NCBI GenBank assembly: GCA_963693365.1
Contig: CAVNZM010000005.1
Coordinates: 1,426,001 to 1,490,000, forward strand
DNA: 64,000 nucleotides
Origin: Amoebidium appalachense
Lineage: Eukaryota > Protista > Ichthyosporea
Reading direction: 5' to 3'
Shown piece after piece: positions 1 through 13,748 of this stretch. Position numbers and translations under genes: made by a program. The notes under the pieces were generated by a model. The model saw only the letters and a program-made list of their open reading frames with translations. It searched no databases and was not told where the DNA came from. Every line of letters starts with the position of its first letter. The stretch's first letter is position 1.

Positions 1-136
1 CCAAAGACTTCCACTGATTCACTGTTCAAAAAAATTCGATTCAAACTCGGGTGCTGTGGAAGAGTTACCCATCCATACTCTGTATGTATGGTTTGCACTC
101 TGCATCGTGTTATCCATATTCGTACCGTATAATGCA

Positions 137-172
<36 letters not shown>

Positions 173-296
173 TTCCCCTTTGCCGCCCGCCGCGGGCTCG
201 GGGCTATGTTTCATACTCGTTTGTGTCACCGGTTCCCCACACAACACGTTACCACCGTGTTTTCGTGGTGTACGTAATTGGTGTCGCGGAATACAT

Positions 297-335
<39 letters not shown>

Positions 336-561
336 AGCCGTCTCTTCCTTTAAGGCAATGATGCCGCCTGTGTTTTTGTTTCGGCCATGTTAGTGGCTGT
401 TACCTTCTTTTTCTCCCACCTCTAAAAAAGCATTCCCCCCCCCTCCCCCCCCCCCCCCATTCCCAAAAAAAAAAAAAGAAAGAAAGAAAGAAAGAAGAAA
501 AAGAAGAAAAAAGAAAGCAAGAAACATCCCCCCCCCCCCCCCCCCCCCCCCCGCTTCACAC

Positions 562-607
<46 letters not shown>

Positions 608-746
608 CACACAACACACAACACACGTACAATGAGGACACAGAACGAAGAAAAACGCTAGCCATATTTTTCACCTCCTCCCACCTCCTAGTCTCCATAT
701 ATACCTTCACTAGTCCTGTGTGCTGACACTATCACCCCCTGTGCAG

Positions 747-1058
747 GCTCACACCCACCAATCGTTGCACTCGACCAAGACAATGTCCGTGTGCTGATGT
801 TTGTTGCGGCCAACCCACCCCGGCCAGACGTCATGGCCGTAAACGTGTCTTTCCTCAACCAGAACACCGCCCCACTCACAAACATTGAGTTTTTGGCTGC
901 CGTGCCCAAGGTAAGCACCAATTTTGTACAAATAGGCACTAGGTATTTTTCTTCCTTTCCCTTGCAAGGATTACCACTGGAGTTGTGTGCAAACATTAGG
1001 TGCCCGATTGATACTTCGTAGTGCCACGGTAGTGGTGATGGTTTTTTTTTTGGTTTTT

Positions 1059-1093
<35 letters not shown>

Positions 1094-1973
1094 TGGGTGT
1101 GTGCGTGTGCGTGTGCGTGCGTGTGTGTGTGTGCGTGGTGTGTAAGTGGGTGGGTGGATGGTGGTGGTGGTGGTGGTAATGGGGGCGGGGCGGGGGGGAG
1201 GGGGGGGAGGGGGGGGGGGGGAGGAGGGGGTGACACATGATGTTTGGCTCATGCCTGTTTATGGTGGGGTTTTCAGCACTAAAGGTTGCTTGGTATGGGG
1301 TCATTCGCATGCTTCATCGCTCAGGCTCCCACATTCCCACACATTCTCACACACATTTCTACCCTCTAGCCTACCCCCACATGCTCGCTCTAGACACGCA
1401 GACACATTTCCAAATACCCCCATGGACACACACATACCCCACTTTCTGCACACACACACACACACCTCAAAAACACAAAACACCCATCCAGCCTCTCTTC
1501 ATACACTTAAACACACTTCCAAACAACCCTTGCACACGCAGAGACCCTCTGTACACACACACAGATACCCCACTGCGCACACACATTTCCACACTCCCTT
1601 GCACACACACACATACGCTCTCTACACACACGCATGTTCAAAGACAGCTTGACACATGCACCCTTTCTCCACACACACTTTCAAGCACACCCGTTTACAT
1701 TATAAAACACCCTCTCAACACTCACACACACTTCCAAACACAGCCATTGACCCCCGCTCCCCCCCCCCCCCCCCCCCCCCCCCCCTTCCACACACAGACC
1801 ATGAGCATTAAACTGCAGCCCCCCTCGTCCACCACCGTTGCTGCCTTCAACATTATGACCGGCCCAGCCATGGCCTCCCAGATCATGCTCGTGTCAAATC
1901 CAACCAAGGTATGTATCTGCTCTTGTTGCTCTGAGTGTTCGCCTTGCATATTCCCCCCCTCCCCCCTCCCCCC

Positions 1974-2014
<41 letters not shown>

Positions 2015-2157
2015 AGACACACATACACCCTTCAGCCTCAACCACCACCACAACCACCACCCCACACCAGCGCACACCCAATGAATGGTCAAAGATGCAA
2101 GATGCGAGCATGCCCACTCTCTTTCTTTTTCCCTCACACACACCCTTTCTCCCTTTT

Positions 2158-2198
<41 letters not shown>

Positions 2199-3435
2199 CC
2201 ACTCCCCTACCTATCCCAACGGCACTGACTCCCGCCTACTCTCCTTCTGTATCCACCTGCCCTTGTCTTAACACAATCACAGTTGAATCGGTTCTTGTGA
2301 TCTGTTCCCTCTTGCGCTGTTGTGTGTGTGGTTGTAGGTTTCCTGTTTTCCTTGTTGCGAAGTTGTTTATGAAGGGTGGACGGTGGGTAAATTGCATGCT
2401 GGTGTGCATTCGAGCCTCAATTTCCAGCCATACCGGTGGCTTGGTATAGCTAAGTTCGAAAGGCTACATTTGGTTGGAATGAGGAATCAGGCTGCACAGT
2501 ATAGGTTGTTAGAAATTCTACCTGTCAGGCCTCACAACGTTGAAGGGGCCTGTGGATTCTTTGATGAAGGCATCGAAATGTATCACCTATGGATTTGACG
2601 ATAGAAAATGAATCCTTGACATGAACGTTACAGCCATGATATTTTATAAACCGACAACATTTGGAGCGTAACCTGGAAAATGACTATTTATAATAAGAGG
2701 CACATTGTACGTGGCATTAGGGCATGACCCGTAGCAAAGCACAGATTCTCGAGTGGAAGCCCCTTTTTATGTATATCCCTTTTTCTGTACGAAATATCTC
2801 AATCTCAAACTCCCAAAGAAATACTCTTTCGAGGTGAAAAAACACAGCATTTTTTCCATAGGCATATGCAGTGAAATCGAAAGGGCCTAATAGCATAGAA
2901 AACAAATCACAGCTATTTATGTGTGTAAATCGAATCTTTGTAATGTGTGCAAGAATTCCTCATTGCCTACATTGCCAAAGATGTTTGTTAAAACTCCATG
3001 GCAGGGAGGCAACCCAAGTTGCTTATATAGCAGGCTGCACGCGGATGAGTCAGCATGAACCAACCATGTGATTGCTTCATGCAACTTTAATTTGGTGGTA
3101 TTTCGCGCTTGGTCGTACCGTGTCGCGGGCAAGACATGGCGGTACCAGTAATTTTGAATTAACGTTACCAGAGTATGAACGCCACACAAACAGTATACGC
3201 TATGTATGATCTACTTTGCCTTTATCTGGAATTTTTAGTTTTGTACGTTGCTATATAAAGCCGCAATGGCGTACAAGTGGCGTATTCATGAACATGAAAA
3301 CCTTGCAATCGCTCAGTACTGATATACGTGTCCTGTGCGCAGGCCCCGGTCAAGATTCGGTTCAAGTTCACATACACCATCAATGGCACACAGGTGGTAC
3401 GGCAAGGGGATGCAGCTTCATTCCCAAACATGTAG
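747..3435 (+). CDS. GGA: GGA-type clathrin adaptor, C-terminal GAE (gamma-adaptin ear) domain; last three exons, 5' part upstream of the window
   Basis: Exons 747-910, 1798-1908 and 3343-3435 have GT-AG boundaries and splice in frame to SHPPIVALDQDNVRVLMFVAANPPRPDVMAVNVSFLNQNTAPLTNIEFLAAVPK|TMSIKLQPPSSTTVAAFNIMTGPAMASQIMLVSNPTK|APVKIRFKFTYTINGTQVVRQGDAASFPNM*. The DVxxVxVS, AVPKxMxxKLQPPS and QxMLxxNP motifs fit the GGA ear better than gamma-adaptin. Confidence 0.85.
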
Positions 3436-4690
3436 AGTGTATGTCGGTACAATTACTAAATTGCTTTTGACATTGTGTAGTGAGCGCTTGTGTGTATGGA
3501 GCAAGTTGTCTCTTTAAAGAAAGACTAATTGCCTGCTCTTATAATAGATTTGATTTTGTACATCCATCACTCAGTCTCCAGGGGTTTTTAGTATGCATTT
3601 GTTTAGTTTGAAAGGCACATTTATGTACGTAACCGTTTGATTGAATGCCATTGTGACAAACATGCCGGGCCCCCGAGCACTAATCCTGTCAACCACACAT
3701 GTCACTTGCGTGTATCCAGGACCTGCTATATATAAGATCATGACACACATGCAGGGCTGGAGAATATTTTGGAGCAGGGTTTCTTTTAAACGCCCTTGCA
3801 TACATACGGGCAAAGCTGTTAGACAGGTTACACGCGTGCGACGCTCAGATCTGTGCGAGTCATGATCATTCTGAAGATACCTACCTTTGTTAGCATTGTA
3901 AATTCAATGATCAGGCTGTAGCTGGCCTCTGGCGCCACTACCACATGTATGTTACGGTCGGCTAACTAAAGAATGCAGTGTATGTGCATGTACATGCCCT
4001 CGTCGCTCGAGAGTTTTTGTCACTTCGAATTCCATGATGACATGCACGTGGCTACCTGGTGAATCATTTGGCAAACTAAAAAAAATAGTAGGAATATTCG
4101 TGCCGTAGTACGTTGTGATCAAATTTTTGGCCCGAGGTGGGTGTGCAGGCATGGCACGTGCCGGGCCAACGCAGCATGGGCAGTCGACGGCCCCATGCTG
4201 GCCCATGCACTGTCGGATCCGGAAGTCCGACAGTGCAACCTGGCTGCCTCAGAGTCGTGGCCCGTGATTCGGATTGCAGCCTTTGCCTATTACGTTCACT
4301 TTGCGGTCCAAGCGTCGCACCTACGTGGCAAATCGGTGGCACAAAAATAAACAAATCAATAAATGAAACGGGAAAAAAGCAATGAAATGGAAGGAATTCG
4401 AAACTTATCAGTCACCTCGATCCTGGCTAGGAATTATGGCAAGTGGTGCGTGAGCACTTTTTTCGTGTTCGGAGAACTTCGGACGTGCTTTTGGGATTTG
4501 AGCGTGAACTGGAAACAGCAAATACCTGTCGATTGTACAGTTTGGACGAATCGCCTCACCCCGATTCATTTAGAATTTGCGTTGATTGATTGGCTTTTTG
4601 CTTGTTACTTTTTCATTCTTCTTTTGACTGGATTTATTCGACGGAAAGATATGCAAGTATGCACGGCATACTGAGAAGACAATAAAAACT

Positions 4691-4990
4691 TCACGAGTTA
4701 TCCAGTAACAAGTGCATACTGAGATACCTGAACACTGTGTGAAAATCATATAAATACTCAATGTGACGACCAACAGAATTTAACAAAAAGTCTAAAGTGG
4801 TCACATTGCCAGCCAGTGTAGCAGACATCCGTAGGGAAAGAGGTAAAACGCGACATAAAAACTCACACCTATCAACATGCTTGCGATTAAAAAGTTCAGC
4901 ACAAAAGTGGCACCAGCGGCGATGAAAACAAAAATTACAACGCCACTGCACAACTTCCCAGGCAATATCAACATCAGAGCGCCTTGTTAC
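4691..4990 (-). mobile_element. Degenerate 3' fragment of a non-LTR retrotransposon ORF
   Basis: The peptide VQWRCNFCFHRRWCHFCAELFNRKHVDRCEF...TTLDFLLN aligns by eye with the C-terminus of the RT ORF at 34722-35939 (IQWRSN...C...FNRSCIAKC...NILDFILN). The frame is broken upstream. Ends and TSD were not identified. Confidence 0.5.
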
Positions 4991-6471
4991 TTCGCTCAGT
5001 CACTGGCCCAGGGCTAATTTCAAGAAAACGGTACCGATACCAGTGTAAAGAGCCGGGGACGATCATTGGCTCTTTCATGTTCTTCAAGATACCGGTTGTC
5101 CCGGAGTCCGGACAGTCGGAAAGTATGCTGGTTATAAGGATACGTAGGGCTCCCTTTCGTAAACGTGACTTGTGTTTTGTTGAAAGTCGGCAGTTACATT
5201 CAAGCATAGAAATGGGCCAAGTGTGTAGAGCTGGTTCTGTATACGGTCACTCAGCAGATAGAAAAAATCTATTAGTATTTAATGTTTACATAATTATAAG
5301 CGGTCTTATTTGCCTTGGATCAATAGGTTTAAAAAGTTATTAGGCTTGGATTTTGCGGTTGTGGAACTTGTACGGAAAGTTTGTTAAAAAGGCTCTGCTT
5401 CGCTCTTTGGGAATCCGAGAGTTCGTAGAATTTCAAACTCTGAGTTTGAAGAACGTGACATTTGTATTTTGTACCTTGACTGAGCGTGAAGATTGGAAAC
5501 AAATCATGCGTTGCAGTGACGGAGTCATAATCATGTGATAAAAAAGGCAGCAAGAATTTGCTTTGCTCCATTGAATATTATTTGCGACATTTCGCGTGAG
5601 TTATTGAAAAAACAGTATTTTGAACTAAAGGGGTTTATTGTATAATATTAAATAGAACAGGGGTGTCCATGGGCTGCTTGGTTGTTAGTATTTCGCGTAA
5701 GTACCTGCACACTGACTGACGGGTGTCTGGGCTATGTACCTGTCGAAACGACGGAGTTTCCGAAACTGCAGCGCCTGTCTCAACATGTCAGATTGTCATA
5801 ATTAGTTTGTAGTAGGCCTTGTAGGTGTTGTACATTGTAGGCTGCCGGAACGCTCCTACAATTATAAAACTCAAAAAAAAATGCATATATCACATGTTAC
5901 AATGCCAGTATCTTAATGTTTGCAGACGGACACAAGTGCTATGGACAGAGGACGTGCTGTCACGTACAGGTTACGAGTGAGTCAGCCGCCATGACATGCC
6001 AGAGTCTCCACTGAAGCGATCCACTACAAACCAGGCACTGAGGGGTCCAGGATGCCGCACGCACACAACGATGATCCATGTACACGCGACACGAAGACAC
6101 ATGACTATTAAGCATTATATTCCTACTTTTTTATTGTTTTATAAAAACTTTATTCATATTCCGTCCACATGAAGCATATAATCGATATATTTTAGATTGT
6201 AGATTACATGAAACAGGTATTCCTATTACTACGATTACATCCATGCCCCCCCCCCCCCCCCCCCCCCCGCCCCCCCCCCCCCCCCCCCCGATATAGAACG
6301 AGTATGCTAAATGAGATGAAATTTCCCACACCCAAAAGAACATGCCGCTGAGCCTGTGTATGGTTTTGTGCGCGCATATCTGACACTCTCGCAAGACGGA
6401 TATTTGTTTTCTATTTCAACAAATGGCTATAAGAATATATTTTACCACTGGCACATTATTGGTCACTCCCC

Positions 6472-9400
6472 TGCTGATGCGTGTTCACCTACACGATGGA
6501 CCAGTGAAGTGCTGTGATTCGTCTTGCCGCATGTCGAAATCCAGTCAAAAGAAAAAAAAATTTCAAGCCTGTTCTAAATCAGCTGTCTTTTTTTTTTGGA
6601 TCATATTGTGATAAAACATGGCGAGCAAGACGAATCACAGCACCAATCTCCCTAATTCCAGCCCCCCTAGACTGGCTACGTCACAACGCGGCATCTGGTG
6701 CGCTGTCAACTAATCGGATGCGTACGCACCACTTGCCAAATTCACATGGAAGATACATGTCAGACTCAGTGAGACTTCTTTCTATGGAATGCAGTATCTA
6801 TTGCTGCAAGATAAAAATACCCAATCACAAGAATGAAATAAAACTTACTCATATATCGGCATTCCTTTGCTGGCATTCGGCTGAGCTACACTTTGAGCAC
6901 GTGTCCCCTTGTCTCTCAGGTAATCAGCATAGCGCATCTGTAGTTACAGTTGTGAATGCTTGTAGACTGGGTCACTGGAGTCACTGGAAATAAGAGGCGA
7001 CAATGACGTTTCTCTACAGTCAGACAAGAGACGTTCACTTGAACGCGTCGGCCCCGCATTGGTACGGTATTTAGGCCACATTCCAATAAGGGTTCTAACC
7101 ACGGGAAGACCCTGAACTCCTGCCAAATAAATGTTTACATTCAATCCCCCAAATAGATGGGGTTTACACATAAAGAGACAGTGTGCCTTGCTGCAATTGC
7201 TAAGAACTTGAGCAACCCTCATTTTACATGTGAGGTTGTGTTCAGTGGCATTACACATCCAAATAAAGACGCTAAGCAAGAAAGATAGAGAATAAAATGT
7301 ACGTGTATTCTGCCGCCAAGTTCACCTACTAAATCTTTACATATTCTGAGGTGACGTAATTTTTGAGAGCATGGAGAACAAGAATTTCGTCAGGAAACCA
7401 GCGGACCTTTCATACACCCTGAAATTTGGCACCCACGGAACACAACACTCCCCCCCACCCACCCCAAAATGCAAAAACACCACCATATACCCACCCCCCG
7501 TAGAAAGAAAAGTATGGCTCCCCAAAAACCCAAGACACCCACAACATACACCCCCCACACACACCCGGCCAGCCTGTACATGTCCTGACTGCCGGAACAC
7601 ACACAGACCCAGTGTGCTCTGTAAAATTCACCTTTTAGTTCACAAAATCATCGCCACAACATACGTACAACAACACAATGTTAGGCAGCAAACCCCCACC
7701 ACCACCACCACCACACCCCATCATCCACCCATACCCACCGTAAATACTATACACAACACTTGGACTTCCCAATACCGTAGATCGACCAATGAGAGCCCTC
7801 GGTTAACGTTTATTGCTAGGTTTTGAATGGAGGGGAGGACCGGATCCCCTCCTGCCGGCGTGGCTGGGGTAGTAGCCCTGGGCAAAGTGTGTACTTATAG
7901 TGAGGTTGTGAAGGATGGGTTAGCTTAGCTGAGCTCATAGATAGCACCTTAACTAGTGTACTGTCGGTGCTGTGTGGTAGACGGTAGTTTCCCTAGAGGG
8001 CCTGAAAAGGCCCTCCGGGAACAAAACGTGATAAAATAATAAAATAAAAAATTTCATACACCCTGGGATGAGGCACTTTGATTGGCGTTCATTATTGCTC
8101 AGCAATCATCAACTTGCCCCGACTTGCCTTGTGGTGCTGCGTGTTCCTACACGATGGACCAGTGAATAACGTTTCATGAATCTACTCCGCGACCCCCCCA
8201 CCCCATGCAACAGTATGCGGCGACCTGTTTGGGGACGGCAAGTGGTTTATAACCATTGGACAAACTCCCAAAATGCTAGAAAACATGACATTCATCGAAT
8301 CATGATGGCGGAAACACATTCCTGAGGGCTGGCACTCCACGCAGGCAGTCTCATACATTTAGGTGAACAGGACCATGCGTCAACTGGTATTATAGAAACG
8401 TAACAACAATATAACATTGGTTTTTTTTTTTTTTTTTAATGAAAAATAATTCGGAATGGGCTTGGCTACATTTACGGATTCGATCGAAATGCGTCAGATT
8501 ATTCGACACATTCATGTCACACCAGGCAAGTCAGCCAATTGCAGAACCCGCCTGACCAGGACAGGACGGCTCGCCATGTTTTATCACAATATGATTTAGG
8601 CTAATCAAAAAGACAGCTGATTTAGAACAGGCTTGAAAATTCGACATGCCGCAAGACGATTCACGCACCAATCTCCCTAGCGCAGCTTGTTTAAATTCCA
8701 GTCCCCCTAGAATAGCACGTCACAGCGCTTCATCTGGTGCGCTGTCAACCAATCGGATGCGTACGCATCACTTGCCAAATTCACATGGAAGAAAGGAGGT
8801 GTCAGGGGGGTTTAGAGACTTCTTTCTATGGAATGCAGTATGTATTTCTGCAAGATAAAAATGCCCAATCACAAGAATGAAATAAAACTTACTCATATAT
8901 CGGCATTCCTTTGCTGACATTCGGCTGAGCTACACTTTGAGCACGTGTCCCCTTGTCTCTCAGGTAATCAGCATAGCGCATCTGTAGTTACAGTTGTGAA
9001 TGCTTGTAGACTGGAGTCACTGGAAATAAGAGGCGACAATGACGTTTCTCTACAGTCAGACAAGAGACGCTCACTTGAACGCGTCGGCCCCGCATTGCTG
9101 CGGTATTTAGGCCACATTCCAATAAGGGTTCTAAGTTCTAACCACGGGAAGACCGGTACCCTGAACTCTTGCCAAATAAATGGTCACATTCAATCCCCCA
9201 AATAGATGGGGTTTACACATAAATAGATGTGCCTTGCTGCAAGTGCTAATAACTTGAGCAACCCTCATTTTGCATGTGAGGTTGTGTTCAGTGGCATTAC
9301 ACATCCAAATAAAGACGCTAAGCAAGAAAGATAGAGAATAAAATGGACGTGTATTCTGCCGCCAAGTTCACCTACTAAATCTTTACATATTCTGAGGTGA

Positions 9401-9546
9401 CGTAATTTTCGAGAGTAAGGAGAACAAGAATTTCGTCAGGAAACCAGCGGATCTTTCATACACCCTGGGTTGGGGCACTTTGATTGGCGTTCATTATTGC
9501 TCGGCAATCATCAAGTATCAACTTGCCCCAACTGCCTTGTAGGCTG
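6472..9546. repeat. Tandem duplication (copy A ~6472-8134, copy B ~8135-9546) with an internal inversion/deletion and an insertion in copy A
   Basis: 6625-7421 is near-identical to 8651-9466, and 8052-8134 matches 9455-9546. Both units start tgctg..gcgtgttc..ctacacgatggaccagtgaa. Segment 6515-6626 is the reverse complement of ~8569-8664. Confidence 0.9.
7422..8051 (+). mobile_element. 5'-truncated retroposon insertion with A-rich tail and 14-bp target-site duplication
   Basis: tttcatacaccctg occurs at 7408-7421 and 8052-8065; the empty site is preserved in copy B (~9454-9467). The insert has an open frame to 7826, a 3' region with hairpins (gagggcct-gaaa-aggccctc) and ends ataaaataataaaataaaaaa. 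Confidence 0.85.
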
Positions 9547-10011
9547 TCGCCGTGCCACGTTGGCAAACTTGGCACACTCCAGTGTGGCACACACACGTGC
9601 ACGCATCTCGGTGTTATTGCACGCTGGACACGGTCCCTTACATGTGCTCAGTGTAGATTGAATATTTTTTTAAATTGCACGCCAGTTATTGTATATAGTA
9701 CGGTGCCGCCTTGTAACGCGACAGGCCTGCGTGCTAGACTCTACTTTGCCTGGGTGACCAACGTGTTGTGCATGTGCATGGCTCAAGAAACATTGAAACA
9801 ACCTGCTTAACAGTGACACCGTTCACATGCATGACTGAGTTGTGATGCTACTAGTTGGCACGTATACCGTGACACTCATCACATCATAAGGTGGCCTGCG
9901 GCTGGTTTCAATTATTTTGTTGTATCTCGTTTATATCACGGTAGTGTTTGTCGACGACCACAACCCTTATTGATTAGCCGGGCACTTGTGCTCGTGGCGT
10001 GAGCTGCGAGT

Positions 10012-11703
10012 ATGGCAGCACACTCTTACGGTCTCATGTTCCGGCTGCTCTGCCTCCTCTCCTTCCTGCTTACTTTTTACGCCCACGGAGGCGAGGCCCA
10101 AACCTGTGCACCACCCACCGGCTTGAAACGCGCGGACGGTACTTGCGTCAGCTCGTGTCCAGTGGGCACGTATATAAGCGGCACAAACTGTGTTCCGTGT
10201 TCTGCAGGCACATATCAAAATGTAGCCAACTCCACCACGTGTAAGGTGAGCCATATACCCCTTGGCTTGTCCTCACCCCTCATGCATGTGCTTTGGCCTG
10301 CCCACCATTTCTTGGTTGTCAGCCCCCGATAACTTGTGGAATTTCTAAGGTCACACAACCTCATGGCATAACTGTACACCGTGTCTGGTACTGCCTAAAC
10401 TCCACGTGTGAATGAGGAGGTTCAAGTCAAGTCATACGCTTTGATCTGGTGTGAAGGTTATACGGAGCAATGCTGCATCAAGAGCTTTGACTCATGGGGC
10501 TTCCACTTGCTGTACTGAACGACCAAATATAACATCTATAGCATCGCAAAATATTTATGGTCCGAAAATAGTGAGGCTTTCCATGAGAACAAATTCACTC
10601 CACATGTAGGTAGGCATAGCTACAAGTTGTGAAAATCCTTTTAAAAACAGCTCACTGATGAACCTCTTATTTTCCACTTGCCGCATGGTTCACACGACCA
10701 CATTCACGTTCGATTCGACAACCCGAGCACACAATGTGTCACCTGGCTCACGGTGATTAGATTTCCATTCACAGCACAAATAAATGCAACCTAGTACTTT
10801 AAGCCCTAGTCTTAGCAAGGCTTTGGCACTCAGCGCAACGCACATGTACATATACGGCACTACACAAACACCAGCACACTGATCCGCGCGCACACACACA
10901 CCACATGCACGCGCGCACACACACACACTGGCACGTGTACGCCACACACACTTTGTCCACATATGCGTGCACATATACACATTGCGCACACAGACCGCAC
11001 CGTGATAGTGGCACTCAGTGTAAGGCTCTTTGAAAACCTTCATACATACGACAAGGGCACAGACATGTCGCTAGTTACATAATTGTGTAATACAGTGTGT
11101 ACGAGCGCAGAGATAGTCTGGTCACTATACATGGCGTCACACCCCTCCCACTCCCCTCCCCCTTCCCCTCCCTCCCCTTCCCTCCCTGCCCACGGCTTCC
11201 GTGAGCGCAAGAAAACAGGTACGTTCATATAATGTTTGCACTCACATTGCGACGGGCACACGACTGAGTGAACAAGCCACACACTGAGGCAATGACACAC
11301 AATCCCTCTCACACACATACAGCATAAGCACGTGCGCTTGGGAGATTATACACACACACACACACACATCACACACATACGTGGCACACGTGACACACAT
11401 GCGCGCGCGAGTACACCGGCACAAGCGCGCACGCACACGTACATGCGCATGCACACATGCAAACACACACACACAAACATGACTTGGACATATGCATACT
11501 CACTCAAACAGTGCAATGCACAACCACGCACACACACATACACAGAAACACAGCAACACAGTGCCACACACACACACACACGCACGCACACACGCACACA
11601 CGCACACACGCACACACAGTCACACACACACGTACACACGCACACACGGACACACGCACACACGCACACAAACACACAAACACACAAACACACACACACA
11701 CAC

Positions 11704-11778
<75 letters not shown>

Positions 11779-13698
11779 GTGACACACACACATGCATGCA
11801 CACACACGTGTCACACACGCGCGCGCACGCACACACACACAATCGCACACACGAGAGGGGTTTTTTTCAAGCTTTCCCTTGCTGCAAACGTTCTCGCCGC
11901 CTTGAACTATACACTGATCTGTCCTTCCGGGCACTAAGCAAACCGTTTAATTTATGAGCGATAACTAAACCAAACCAAACTCTCATATGTATGCGCACCT
12001 GCAGACATGCCCCAACGGCCAGGGACCCACCACACCTACGGGTGGGTCGAGCAGCTGCACCGCGTGCACGTACGGCTACTACAGCAATGCCACCACCAGC
12101 TACACGTGTCAAATGTGCCCCGCCGGCTTTATCCAGGCTGCCCTAGGGGGAGCCACGTGCACACCGTGCAGTGCCGGCTACCAGGCAAACACGGCCCGCA
12201 CGGCCTGTGTGGCGTGTGGATACGGCTTCTACGGACCAAACGGGGTGGGGTGCTTTTCGTGTCCAAACAACACATACAGCGCCTACACCGCAACGGCCCC
12301 ATCACAGTGCTTGGTACGCAAATCATATACTCCTCCCCACCCCTCTTTTTTTTTTTTTTTTTTTTTTTTTGGGTTCTTTTCCCTCCATCTGGTGAGTCAC
12401 CAGACTGTATCTTCCAACGGTTATATCTTTCAATCTTCCTCTGTATATTTTGCCAATACCGTGTACCCACCCGTCCGCCATGATCCATCCCCCCCCCCCC
12501 CCCCCCCCCCCCCCGACCCCACCCCCCACCCCACCCCTCTCTGCCTAATATCCATACAAACTTGCATAACCACGTCAGGTCCCTTCTGCAAAGCAGGTTT
12601 GTAGCCACATACATACACGTGCTTACACCTGAGCTGACACCTGATGTATGTACATAGTATGGTGCTTCAACAACAACCATTCTTTGTAGTACCGGCGATT
12701 TAATTTCCGTGCCACACATCTGGGGCCACTGCTACCACACTGACATACTCTGAAATGCCACAGCTCTGCAGTGCTGGTAATGAGGCCAACGCGGCAAAAA
12801 CAGGCTGCCAAGGATGCGCACCTGGGTTCTACAGCAGCAGTGCCACAAACTTCACTTGCCAGCCGTGCCCCACGGGCACCGCCATAGGCAGTTACTACCA
12901 GAGTGCATGCACAAGGTGTACTGCAGGCACACAGCCCAATGCTGGCCGCACTGCGTGTGTATCGTGCAATTACGGTATGTACGGCACTGACGGCATCAAC
13001 TGCTACCAGTGCCCCAACAACACCTATGCCGCTGGAGGCTCAACTTCATGCACCGTAAGTTGCCTGCACGGTTTTTGCACTAGCATTGCCACTGGTATAG
13101 AGCATGTATCTTCTAAAGTGAAGTGAAGGAAACCCTCTGTCTTGAAGTCACGGCTCTCGTTTTTAAGATGAAGAAAAAAAAGCACGCTGAGGTTCGAACC
13201 AGTAGCTCCGAGTCTATGTGGCCGGAGGCCATCTGTCTCTTAAGTCCCTTCCACACCTCATTCCATGATCCTGAACCACTCGCCTGCTACCCTATACGTC
13301 CAGTGCACCATAGTAACAGACAGACATGTTTCTAATCCCACACATCCATCTCCAGCTCTGTCCCGCTGGCCAAAAGCCCACAGCCAACCAATACACGTGT
13401 GAGACGTGTCCCCTCGGGTCCTTCAGCAACAACGCCACCAACTTCACATGCCAGTTCTGTCCACCCGGCACGGTATCTTGGAACTACTATGCCACTTCCT
13501 GCACACGATGTGCAAACACACAGAGGCCACGATCAGACCGTGTGGTGTGTGAGTCTTGCCCCGCAGGCACCTATGGTGTGAATGGCACTGAGTGCTTCGA
13601 CTGCCCCAACGGCACTTACTCTGCTGCGGGAGCCGTAAATTGCTCGGTATGTGTTCCATTCTCCCCCCACCCCCCACCCCCCCCAACCTGCCTTCTCC

Positions 13699-13748
<50 letters not shown>

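Noticed and set aside
5700-5780. Hammerhead ribozyme (ctgactgacggg...cctgtcgaaac)
   Set aside because: A stem II-like hairpin is present, but the CUGANGA core is defective and stem I cannot be formed.
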